In this document: positions 22,689-32,000 of the stretch, piece by piece
How positions within the stretch are numbered: position 1 is the first letter of the stretch
Layout: every line of letters begins with the position of its first letter
Assembly: GCA_054661495.1 (NCBI GenBank)
Contig: BAAFSQ010000060.1
Location: 16,273 to 48,272 of the forward strand
Length of the DNA stretch: 32,000 nucleotides
Direction of reading: 5' to 3'
Source of the DNA: Zygophlyctis sp. KS116
Lineage: Eukaryota > Fungi > Chytridiomycota
The notes under the pieces: model-generated
What the model saw: only the letters and a program-made list of their open reading frames with translations
The model's database searches: none
What the model was told of the DNA's origin: nothing
Made by a program: the position numbers and the translations under genes

Positions 22689-25057
22689 CTTTTTCTAAAA
22701 ATAAATCTCAAGATTTGAAAATGATATTATTACTGCAGCTTCTACTGGCATTTTCAGCAATCAAAGCTGCTACCGACGCTGATTTCAATAAGTTGAAGTC
22801 TGCACTATCTGAACTGTACAATACAGATTCTCGAATGATTTCATTGGTTGTCCGATTATCATTCCATGATTTACTACTACACAGATCTCCACAAGGCAGT
22901 GGGTGTATTCAAAAACTTTCTTTCCAAACATCAAACGGGAATGAGGGATTGAAGTCTCCAGTGGATAAACTATTGGGTATCCTTGCAAAACCGGAGCTTC
23001 AAAGGGCTAAATTTCATTTCGGGGATGTGATCGCTTTTGCTAGTAAGATAGCAGTTGAAAAAGCATATCCCTGCATTAATATTCCTTTCAAGTATAACCG
23101 CGGGGTTTGTGCTGATAATGTACCTATCACTACCGGGTCTGGTTCTACTCCAGATCCCAACATGAATAGAATTGCACAAATGTCCCCACATTCTGCATAT
23201 TTGGGCATGACCGACTTTGAATTTGCAACTCTAACAATCGGAGCCCATGCAATCAATGGTGCAAGAGCCAACCCAGATGTTTCCCGATGGAATGGGATAT
23301 TCTCAACTGAAAGTTCCGGGGGCGATTACATAAACCAAACGTTATCACGCAACTGGGCGGGTAGAAGTATCAATGGCCGATTGACATTTGTATCTGGAGA
23401 CTTGATTCGTTTGCCTTCTGATATGATGCTCTTTCCTGATGCTAAACGAGGAAATTCTCTTCAAAAAAGGAAAAAGGATAAGAAGCCAAATGAGAACCGA
23501 CATATCGGCCCCATCACGGCCAATCCATTCGTTAAACCTCCTATAGACAAAGAAGCACAAATCATACAAGAAAAATTCCGAGGACTCGCCAGAGAAGAGC
23601 AAGCTTTTGATGAAACATTTGCAAAAGTTTTTGCTAAAATGCTCAAGGTCGGTGGTGGAAGCACTGTCTACAAAGAAGATTTCTTGAAACCAGCCAGTTG
23701 TTTACCTAGAATCACATCAATTCCGGCCACATCCACCAAAACTACATCCAACAAAACTAAATCCATCAAAACTACATTCACTAAATCTACCTCTGTTACA
23801 GGTACTGCAACAGTCACCGTGTTTTCAGCTTCTAGTTCGGTTACAACCGAAATAGTTCTAGTTCGTACAACCGAAATAGAGACTACTATTACAGCAAAGA
23901 CTTTCTCAAAATCAGACATTCATAGCTTACAACAGCTTTTAAATAAATTTTCAGACTTCTTCGAGCCGATTGCTCTGTCCTAATATAGAAGGACGCCAAC
24001 TAGTGAATTAAATACATTATTGAAATTTGAAGTGATTTTTTAAAAATACTACCGCATTAAAATGTCTAGAATCATTATATAAACACATGCATGCAGAGAA
24101 TTTTATCAATGCATTTTCTTGGGCACACGTCAATCATAGCAAAAACGGATTCCAAATGCATAGATCAAATTGATTTCTTAACTGCGATTTAACTTGGATT
24201 GTGTTATTTCAACTGGACACAAGGACATCATTGGCGCCCATGCCGTCAATTCTATTTATAACTTTTTCTAAAAATAAATCTCAAGATTTGAAAATGATAT
24301 TTTTACTGCAGCTTCTACTGGCATTTTCAGCAATCAAAGCTGCTACCGACGCTGATTTCAATAAGTTGAAGTCTGCACTATCTGAACTGTACAATACAGA
24401 TTCTCGAATGATTTCATTGGTTGTCCGATTATCATTCCATGATTTACTACTACACAGATCTCCACAAGGCAGTGGGTGTATTCAAAAACTTTCTTTCCAA
24501 ACATCAAACGGGAATGAGGGATTGAAGTCTCCAGTGGATAAACTATTGGGTATCCTTGCAAAACCGGAGCTTCAAAGGGCTAAATTTCATTTCGGGGATG
24601 TGATCGCTTTTGCTAGTAAGATAGCAGTTGAAAAAGCATATCCCTGCATTAATATTCCTTTCAAGTATAACCGCGGGGTTTGTGCTGATAATGTACCTAT
24701 CACTACCGGGTCTGGTTCTACTCCAGATCCCAACATGAATAGAATTGCACAAATGTCCCCACATTCTGCATATTTGGGCATGACCGACTTTGAATTTGCA
24801 ACTCTAACAATCGGAGCCCATGCAATCAATGGTGCAAGAGCCAACCCAGATGTTTCCCGATGGAATGGGATATTCTCAACTGAAAGTTCCGGGGGCGATT
24901 ACATAAACCAAACGTTATCACGCAACTGGGCGGGTAGAAGTATCAATGGTCGATTGACATTTGTATCTGGAGACTTGATTCGTTTGCCTTCTGATATGAT
25001 GCTCTTTCCTGATGCTAAACAAGGAAATTCTCTTCAAAAAAGGAAAAAGGATAAGAA
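22689..25057 (+). repeat. Direct duplication: 22689-23484 and 24262-25057 (offset 1573)
   Basis: About 796 bp identical except three differences I could see (22729, 23377, 23448). The ORF track also shows duplicated antisense ORFs at the same offset. Confidence 0.95.
22721..23983 (+). CDS. Secreted heme peroxidase 2 with Thr-rich tail
   Basis: Signal peptide, RLSFHD, NEGL, GAHAI, RLPSD and FAKVFAKML. Intronless ORF. Confidence 0.85.
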   Translation: MILLLQLLLAFSAIKAATDADFNKLKSALSELYNTDSRMISLVVRLSFHDLLLHRSPQGSGCIQKLSFQTSNGNEGLKSPVDKLLGILAKPELQRAKFHFGDVIAFASKIAVEKAYPCINIPFKYNRGVCADNVPITTGSGSTPDPNMNRIAQMSPHSAYLGMTDFEFATLTIGAHAINGARANPDVSRWNGIFSTESSGGDYINQTLSRNWAGRSINGRLTFVSGDLIRLPSDMMLFPDAKRGNSLQKRKKDKKPNENRHIGPITANPFVKPPIDKEAQIIQEKFRGLAREEQAFDETFAKVFAKMLKVGGGSTVYKEDFLKPASCLPRITSIPATSTKTTSNKTKSIKTTFTKSTSVTGTATVTVFSASSSVTTEIVLVRTTEIETTITAKTFSKSDIHSLQQLLNKFSDFFEPIALS

Positions 25058-25592
25058 AAAGAAGAAGCCAAGTAAGCCAAAAAGTCCATTGCCACCTCCT
25101 CCGCCACCTCCACCTCCTCCTCCTCCAGTAGATCCAGCAGCAAAAGCTATACAAGAACAATTGCGAGCACTTGCCAATCAGCAACAAGCGTTTGATGAAA
25201 TGTTTGCAAACGTTTTTGCCAAAATGCTAAATAGTGGTGGTGGAACCGCTGTCTACAATGAAGTGTTTTCAAAACCTGCGACTTGTCCTGGAGCAACTCT
25301 CCCCACCACTTCAATATCTGTGCCCACCACTACAATATCTGTACCCACCACTACAACATCTGTATCCACTACTACAATATCTGTACCCACCACTACAATA
25401 TCTGTACCCACCACTACAACATCTGTATCCACTACTACAATATCTGTACCCACCACCACAATATCTGTGCCTACCACTACAATATCTGTGCCAACCACTG
25501 CTATATCAACAATCGACACGACTTCAGACGACTCGATCATGGAACTGTTTGAAGATCTTTCCAGACTATTCAAGGATATGGGCGCACTGTAA
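24294..25592 (+). CDS. Secreted heme peroxidase 3 with poly-Pro insert and Thr-rich repeat tail
   Basis: Near-identical to peroxidase 2 over the first about 255 aa, then KKKKPSKPKSPLP(n) and (PTTTISV)n. Confidence 0.85.
   Translation: MIFLLQLLLAFSAIKAATDADFNKLKSALSELYNTDSRMISLVVRLSFHDLLLHRSPQGSGCIQKLSFQTSNGNEGLKSPVDKLLGILAKPELQRAKFHFGDVIAFASKIAVEKAYPCINIPFKYNRGVCADNVPITTGSGSTPDPNMNRIAQMSPHSAYLGMTDFEFATLTIGAHAINGARANPDVSRWNGIFSTESSGGDYINQTLSRNWAGRSINGRLTFVSGDLIRLPSDMMLFPDAKQGNSLQKRKKDKKKKKPSKPKSPLPPPPPPPPPPPPVDPAAKAIQEQLRALANQQQAFDEMFANVFAKMLNSGGGTAVYNEVFSKPATCPGATLPTTSISVPTTTISVPTTTTSVSTTTISVPTTTISVPTTTTSVSTTTISVPTTTISVPTTTISVPTTAISTIDTTSDDSIMELFEDLSRLFKDMGAL
25302..25511 (+). repeat. Coding 21-nt tandem repeat, about 10 copies (cccaccactacaatatctgta)
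   Basis: Encodes PTTTISV/PTTTTSV/STTTISV units, with a 63-nt higher-order unit present twice. Confidence 0.95.
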
Positions 25593-25653
25593 TTATTTGC
25601 CTAATGGCATGATTTTTGAATCAAATATGCATTTATTGAAAATAAACCGAGAT

Positions 25654-26018
25654 ATGATGACATTGAATTTGAAAAACTATTTAGAGAAAATAGCTGCTTC
25701 TAAAGCGCAAACCAGTAATTTTAATAGAGTGATTAAATAGATGCATTAGCCGAAGAAGCAGCAGTGTCCGTGCATAAAGCGTCTGAAGGAATCGCCCAAC
25801 GTGAAACTCTCCCAGTTTACTGCATATACAAGAAACAAAAAGAAATCGAAGCCACGAGTAGACAACTGAAAACATCAACAGAAATATTTATTAATCAAAC
25901 AAAGGAATGGCTTCAACTAATTCATGAACTCAATTCTGCATGCAATGAATTAGGCGATGTTGAAAATGCTTTGGAAATCATTCATCAGGATATTAAACAA
26001 ATCTGTACAAAAAAATAA
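25654..26018 (+). CDS. BLOC1S1: BLOC-1/BORC subunit 1 (BLOS1/GCN5L1)
   Basis: YKKQKEIE..QTKEWLQLIHELNSACNELGDVENALEIIHQDI matches the BLOS1 pattern. Intron 25715-25740. Confidence 0.8.
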
Positions 26019-26020
26019 AA

Positions 26021-26741
26021 CTATGTAAATATTGGAAATCCAATCATTACAATATCTGAACCTAATTGGGTATAAGTCACAGAATCCATTGCAAAAGGGA
26101 TTAAAGCTCCATTTGATTTACATGTTAGCGAGACTCCACTTCCAAAGAATTTTGGTGCAATCGTCAAAATAATTAAATGTCCTAATTTATAAGATATAAA
26201 TTCTTGTAAGACCAGAGATCCTCCTTCAACCATAAGCGTGTTAATTCCATATTGAGATTTGAGTAGTGGTAGAAGACTTCAAATTATTAATCATAAAGTA
26301 CCTTGGCAAATGTATTAATCCATTAGAGTCCTGTTCAATAACAACAATTCTTATTCCATCTTTTTCCAATAAATCTTTCATCTTTAAATCGGCATTTTTA
26401 CTAGTGCAAATGATTGGAGATCTCTGTAAAATACGACTTTTAATTGGAATTCGAAGCGTTGAATCTAGTATAATCGGCGTTGGCGATTGATGATTTCCTT
26501 CAAGTCTGCATGTAAGAATAGGATCATCAGAAATAATTGTATTGATTCCGACTAATATTCCATCACAAACCGATCTGATTGTATGGGTCAGTTTTAAAGA
26601 CTCTGAACAAGATATTGCAGACGGAGTTCCTTTCTGATGACTAAGGAATCCGTCAACCGTCTGAGCCCAACTCAAAATAACTGTCGGTAGCTCTTTTGTA
26701 GGCTTGCATTGGATCAAGAATGGTTTGATCAAATCAATCAT
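26021..26741 (-). CDS. RIB7: 2,5-diamino-6-ribosylamino-pyrimidinone 5'-phosphate reductase (RibD_C, riboflavin synthesis)
   Basis: VILSWAQTVDG, DGILVGINTIISDDPILTCR and PIILDSTLR. Intron 26277-26301 leads to GINTLMVEGG..TIAPKFFG. Confidence 0.88.
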
Positions 26742-26968
26742 CTGGAACCCTATAGTAAATCTTTCAGTTTAAAGTGTTGCTTACTGCATCATGTTTATCT
26801 GATTTATAATTTACCACGCACTGATTGCAATTGCATCGGTCATTTAATTAGCCGTTAGACTAAAACATGCAAATCTCAAATCACATGAAATTCTAAAAAT
26901 AGATTATGAATCTAAAAATAGACACTAGGTCCGAATTTAAAATAGATTCAGTGGCGTTGATTCTAAAA

Positions 26969-27769
26969 ATGACGCAAAACGCTAAAGTACCAACATTGAT
27001 TACTAGGACAAATCCTCTTAAAGTTGCATCATTAGCATTGGGTCTGTTTGGGCTGTTTCTTAAGTTTATTGGACTAATCATTCTACAATCAAAAGTTGAT
27101 GAAAGTGCTAGAGAAGCACAAAGGCTAGTACCAACAGTGACTATTGTACCAGTCTTTGAACTTGGAAGTTTATGGTTTCACTGTTTTTTTTATTTATCGT
27201 TACTTGTTCTTTTTAGCTGGCTAACTTTTGTGAATAGTGATACTGCATCATATCAATTAAATCTGATGATATTCATGGGAATTGGGTTTGTTTTCATGAC
27301 TCTAGATATGGACAAGTATATAATATTCTCAAAGAATGCTGATTTCGGACAAAGACCAGGAAGTAATTTAGGATTTGCAGGATCTTTTATCATGATGTTG
27401 GGCTGGTTATACTTGATGCTTACAACAGGTGGAATGAATTTAGATTTTTATGATTCGTTGCCAAAGTTTTCAAGTGCATTACTACCTTCTAATGCCCCCC
27501 GAAATTCAAACTTGCAGCCAGGAATGGATGGACCGTTGGCTCCAAAGTCTGGACCTGCTGCAACGTCTGGAAAAGGCGAAAATGCATTCAAGGCGAAAGC
27601 TCTCTATTCTTATCAGGCTAACCCAGAAGATCCCAGTGAAATTTCTTTTGCAAAGGGAGAAGAATTGGAAGTTTTAGATTCTAAAGGGAAATGGTGGCAT
27701 GTTAGAAAAGCGACGGGGGCAAAGATTGTTGTTGGTATAGCTCCATCAAATTACTTGCAAGTTGTATGA
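26969..27769 (+). CDS. SHO1: Sho1-like four-TM osmosensor with C-terminal SH3 domain
   Basis: Four hydrophobic segments and SH3 [38 protein letters not shown]. An alternative in-frame ATG lies at 26906. Confidence 0.85.
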   Translation: MTQNAKVPTLITRTNPLKVASLALGLFGLFLKFIGLIILQSKVDESAREAQRLVPTVTIVPVFELGSLWFHCFFYLSLLVLFSWLTFVNSDTASYQLNLMIFMGIGFVFMTLDMDKYIIFSKNADFGQRPGSNLGFAGSFIMMLGWLYLMLTTGGMNLDFYDSLPKFSSALLPSNAPRNSNLQPGMDGPLAPKSGPAATSGKGENAFKAKALYSYQANPEDPSEISFAKGEELEVLDSKGKWWHVRKATGAKIVVGIAPSNYLQVV

Positions 27770-27842
27770 ATTATGTTTTAACTTTCTAATTTTAAGTACT
27801 GAGTAATGAGATGAAGGTGTCGGGCTTTCCAGCGTTTAAGTC

Positions 27843-29349
27843 ATGCGATCATATCTGTCTGGATTTAATGGGTCTTTTGAGAGTGAAGCGATTTCAGGTG
27901 CTCTTCCTGTGGGACAAAATAGTCCTCAAAAGTGTCCGTTCGGATTATATGCGGAACAGTTGAATGGTACTGCATTTACGGCACCAAGATCAGACAATAA
28001 GCGAACTTGGTTTTACCGGATCCGCCCTTCAGTTGCTCATGAGCCATTTAAGGATTCTCATCAGCAATATATCATGGCTTCATTTAGTCCGAATAATAAC
28101 GACGTAATCAGCAATCCAAATCAGTTGCGATGGTCTCCATTTCCAATTCCAAAGGAGAAGACGGATTTTGTACAAGGACTTCGTACCATTTGTGGTTCTG
28201 GTGATGCTTCCACTAGAACAGGTCTGGCTATACATATCTATGTTGCAAATACAAATATGGATCGTAAAGTAGGATGCATTTTAGAATGATTATCAGGCAT
28301 TTTACAGTGCTGATGGGGATTTTTTACTTGTTCCTCAAATGGGACGGCTAGTTGTTCAAACAGAATGTGGATTTTTAGATGTAGAGCCTAATGAAATCTT
28401 GGTTATTCCAAGAGGGTAAATTTTCATTCAGTTATAGACAGAATTCGGTTCAAGATAGATTTAGTTGATGGTGATAGCAGAGGGTATATTTTGGAAGTTT
28501 TTGATAGGCATTTCGAGTTGCCAGATTTGGGTCCGATAGGTATATTATCAAAAAGTTTAATAAACAGGTGCAAACGGACTTGCAAATCCTCGTGACTTTT
28601 TACATCCAGTCGCTGCTTACGAAGACTCAGACTTACCATATGAGCTTGTTGGAAAGTATCAAGGTCGCTTATTTTCTGCGAAACAGGTAAATTTTCATGT
28701 TTAAATATACAGGCTCATTCGCCCTTTGATGTTGTCGCCTGGCATGGTAACTATGTACCATATAAGTACGATTTGCGTCGATTTAATACCATAAACACTG
28801 TATCTTTTGATCATCCTGTATTTGATTCAATTAATAGTTAGGATCCGTCTATTTTTACAGTTTTGACTGTTAAGAGTAGCGTTCCTGGAGTTGCATTGGC
28901 TGATTTTGTAATTTTCCCTCCTCGGTGGATGGTTGCAGAAAACACATTTAGACCTCCTTATTATCATAGAAACTGGTATATATTTATATTTATCACCAAA
29001 AAGTATGACTGAATTCATGGGTTTGATATCTGGAGGCTATGATGCCAAGGCAGAAGGATTTCTCCCAGGAGGTGGCTCATTGCATAGGTACTATATGGTC
29101 AAATTAAGTTATAGCATGATGACTGCACATGGACCAGATCGGGAAACGTTTGATAAAGCAAGGAATGATCAGCTCGCACCAGTCAAGCTTCGACCTGATG
29201 GACTTGCATTCATGTTTGAAACTAGCCACATTCTCAGCTTAAGTAAATGGGCACTCTCTGACGATCAAGACGGTGGGAAAGTTTTACAAAAGAATTATTA
29301 TACTTGTTGGAAGGGTCTTGAAAATCACTTTGATCCCTTAAAGCGATGA
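27843..29349 (+). CDS. HGD: Homogentisate 1,2-dioxygenase
   Basis: [49 protein letters not shown] and HGPD. Introns 28269-28296, 28416-28441, 28540-28567, 28687-28712, 28818-28841, 28976-29003 and 29088-29114. Confidence 0.96.
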
Positions 29350-29404
29350 ATACAATATATTATCGGATCTTTTTCGTGGTTTTACGTGACTGAATACTTT
29401 TTGA

Positions 29405-30267
29405 ATGTCCACTGGTACTAAACTTGTATACTTATCCATAGACCTAGAAGATTTTGAGGAGCAAATTACAGAATTACTGGATTCAGTTGAGAAAACACTT
29501 ACTGCGGAACTGACACGCTTAAGAGGCACTGAAAGAATTGAAGTAATGAGTCTTGCATTCACTATAGAAATGTCAATACCTTAAAAATCGTCTTACTAGA
29601 GCTCGTCAAGTATACAGATCAATCCTTGTTGAGATTCGGGACTTGTCAAATCCTGAGCAAGTACAAGATTGGGAAGCCAAAGCCCGAGAATTTGATACCA
29701 AACTCTCAAAATTAACACAAGACGTTGATTGGGCGGAAAAATCAACCGCTGTAGATAATGAAGGAAGAAAGAAAATCGGTAAAAGATAAATATTCTAATC
29801 TCAGCTGTAAATGAAATGACTACATCTGAAATCACCAAAACCGGACTACAAATCCAAGAGAAAACCCAAGATTCTACATCTAGAACCAAAAAATTAATTC
29901 AAGAAACTATAGAAATAGGAACTGCAGCTAATTCTGAATTAAAAAACCAAGGAGAGAAACTCCTTAAAATAGAAGAAGATGTTGAACAAGTAGAGAGTAA
30001 CCTAAAAAGAGCTGATCGCCAATTAAGAATCTTTATTCGTAGAATGGCATCTGATAGAATTTTCATGGTTTTAATAGTAATACTTGGAGCAGGAATACTA
30101 GCAATTGTTGTCCTAACAGTATTACAAAAGAAATGTATTGCAACAGACTGTAAGTTTTAGTTTTTTGAATTTTAGTATTTGGCAGCTCTACCTGGGTAAG
30201 AACCAATTGCCCAGCTGCAGCTCCTCCTGCTCCTGCTCCAGCTGCAGCCCCAGCTCCTGCATCCTAA
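29405..30267 (+). CDS. Qb-SNARE of the NPSN (novel plant SNARE) type
   Basis: Helical N-terminal domain, SNARE motif KKLIQETIEIGT..LKNQGE..LKRA..RRMASDR and a TM helix. Introns 29415-29441 (in frame, uncertain), 29543-29567, 29779-29804 and 30150-30175. Confidence 0.8.
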
Positions 30268-30993
30268 TTAATCCTGAAAGACAATTTTCACTGCCTTTGC
30301 CTCTGACTTTAACAATTTTTCCCTTGCTTCTTTTTCCCTCTTTTTGGCATCCCATGAAGGATGAAGAGACTTTTCAGGTACTAAGCTTTCCCTAATTGGA
30401 CTTTTCTTGAATTGACCCGTCTTGAAGCTAGTCGTACAGGTAGACTTGACACTATTATATTTCAAGCAATCCCTTCCAGGAGGATCCTTTTTCAAATGAT
30501 TAGCTTCTTTCCCAAATTTTCTCTCCCATTTCTCCCTCCTAGCTCTCTGCCCAGGCCTATTTTTCCTAATTTCCAATAAATTTTCCTCTAGAGCCTTTTG
30601 AGTAGTTTTTACAACTTTTTTAGACTTTATAACCTTTTTCTTTGGATATTTCTTTTTAAAGTTTCTTTCTCTTAGCTCTAGAGTTTTTTTCAATTTTAGA
30701 ATTAATTTTTCTAGATTTGAAGAGCAAGTTTGCAGTGTTTCCTTTATAGTTTTCTTTTCCAAAATCCCTTGAATTTCCATGTCAGTAACATTGTCTGTCA
30801 CATTGTCTGTCACATTGCCTGTAACATTGTTTGCTTGACAATCTTGTATTATAGAATCTTGTTGATTTTTCCATATTTTGTAAATTTTAAAAGAGATTTC
30901 TTCCCTATTTTCCTTTTTAGAAAACTTTTTAAGACTCTTGTAAATGACTTTTTTGAGAAAAAATAATCTTTTTGACAAAATTTCTGAATTCAT
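30268..30993 (-). CDS. BUD22: BUD22/SRFBP1-family ribosome biogenesis protein (short)
   Basis: KNRPGQRARREKWERKFGKEANH, LHPSWDAKK and terminal KIVFQD. Contains four copies of a 12-nt repeat (NVTG/NVTD, about 30782-30830). Confidence 0.85.
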   Translation of the reverse strand: MNSEILSKRLFFLKKVIYKSLKKFSKKENREEISFKIYKIWKNQQDSIIQDCQANNVTGNVTDNVTDNVTDMEIQGILEKKTIKETLQTCSSNLEKLILKLKKTLELRERNFKKKYPKKKVIKSKKVVKTTQKALEENLLEIRKNRPGQRARREKWERKFGKEANHLKKDPPGRDCLKYNSVKSTCTTSFKTGQFKKSPIRESLVPEKSLHPSWDAKKREKEAREKLLKSEAKAVKIVFQD

Positions 30994-31167
30994 TTTTGCT
31001 AGGATCAAGGGTTTTACCTCTTTTCTATTTTAGACCTACAGTAGACCTATTTTTAACCTATTTTAGACCTATTTTTAAGAGTAGTGTAGGTCAAACCAAT
31101 CGACTGGTAAACCGGAATTCGGGTTATTTGTCGGAGTTTTTTCTCTATACTAAAGTACTTTAGTCCA

Positions 31168-32000
31168 ATGATTACGTTTTCTGAGCGCTCGAGTACAAAT
31201 GCTGAGAATGAGAATGAGAATAGGTTGGAAAGCGGTTCTTGTCATTATACGTACGTTTACAGAATAATAAAATAGAATTGGACAAGAGAACAAGACTCTA
31301 CGCGATAGTCAAGAGTCTACAGATAGACAAGAGTCTGCAGGTTGGATAGAAGTACAATCAAAGAAAACACAACAGAAAATGAAGGCGCTGTCAAGACAAT
31401 CTTCTCTAGTAAAGATTTTACCAAGAGTAGAACAAGTAAAATCAATTAAAAAAGAAGAATTTACAAAATCTCTAAAAAACAGAAATTATAAAGCTACAGC
31501 AAGAGAAAATTCAACTATCTCTGATGCTATCTCTGATTCTAAAAATAATTATAGTAAAAGTGATTTGGAAAAGTTTGAAAAGGTATTATTGGGTTCAAGT
31601 TTATTTATAGGATTATAGTGGATTACAAGATTCAAGTTGGGATTTTAGTCTTGATATACTCTCTAGGTAAGGGAAAATAGGGTAATTACAGGACTATAAA
31701 GGAATTTTCAAGGATATCATTGGGTTTAAATGATAAAAGGAAATTAGAGTGTATAGTAGAGTTGATTACGCCTTTATTGGATTTGGTAGAAAAGGTATTT
31801 ATCATGGCTATTCATGTTTTAGAAGATGGATTCTATTGATTCTTTAGCAGAGGATTTGCCTTCGGATAATCCCTTGTTAGGTTCAGTTTTAGTTTTAGCT
31901 TCAGCTTCAGTTTTAGTTTCAGCTTCAGTTTTAGCTTCAGATTCAGTTTTAGCTTCAGATTCAGCTTCAGTTCAAGGGCCAGGCTCGGATCGGTCCTGGG
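31168..32000 (+). CDS. Hypothetical multi-exon protein, 3' end probably outside window
   Basis: Four consecutive GT-AG introns (31251-31275, 31583-31610, 31667-31691, 31795-31822) keep one frame open to the window end. No family recognised. Confidence 0.55.
31881..31973 (+). repeat. Degenerate hexamer-based tandem repeat (gcttca/gtttta/gattca)
   Basis: Directly visible. It reads as SVLASAS/DS in the open plus frame. Confidence 0.8.

Noticed and set aside
25302-25511. CRISPR-like array
   Set aside because: Head-to-tail coding repeats with no spacers, in a eukaryotic context with no cas genes.
22785-25573. Multiple antisense and alternative-frame ORFs over the peroxidases (including 25234-25740 and 25283-25552)
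   Set aside because: They are shadows of the real CDSs and of the 21-nt repeat, duplicated passively with the block.
11507-29349. Amino-acid catabolism gene cluster (CoA-transferase, ETFA, HGD)
   Set aside because: The genes are dispersed among unrelated housekeeping genes, with no evidence of functional clustering.
30138-30395. Cys/Ser-rich ORF (SCSSSCSCSSC) as a second metallothionein
   Set aside because: It is an alternative frame of the Pro/Ala-rich SNARE last exon and overlaps BUD22 antisense. It has no ATG start.
1-32000. Stop-codon reassignment or mass pseudogenisation as the cause of fragmented ORFs
   Set aside because: Nearly every break examined is resolved by a short GT-AG (once GC-AG) intron that restores conserved motifs, and all three stop codons terminate genes normally.

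Overview
AT-rich, extremely gene-dense eukaryotic DNA, most likely from a zoosporic (chytrid-like) fungus. It combines fungal markers (RIB7, SHO1, BUD22, fungal-type kinesin-1 tail) with a flagellar gene (CFAP96) and an NPSN-type SNARE. The ORF track is fragmented because genes are split by ultrashort spliceosomal introns. I hand-placed about 50, all 24-31 nt, including one GC-AG intron, five stop-free in-frame 27-nt introns and a pair flanking an 11-nt microexon. About 28 protein genes are packed with gaps as small as 0-21 nt. Most are housekeeping genes. The most unusual elements are: a secreted violaxanthin de-epoxidase (VDE)-like lipocalin in a non-photosynthetic organism, head-to-head with a spliced metallothionein-like gene and next to a secreted BPI/LBP-like gene; a triplet of secreted or GPI-anchored heme peroxidases with a near-identical 0.8-kb block; a candidate APC/C inhibitor (KEN box, D-box, MR tail); and a kinesin-1 with a shortened stalk. 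No RNA genes, transposons or CRISPR arrays were recognised. All gene models are manual and unverified by RNA or database searches.
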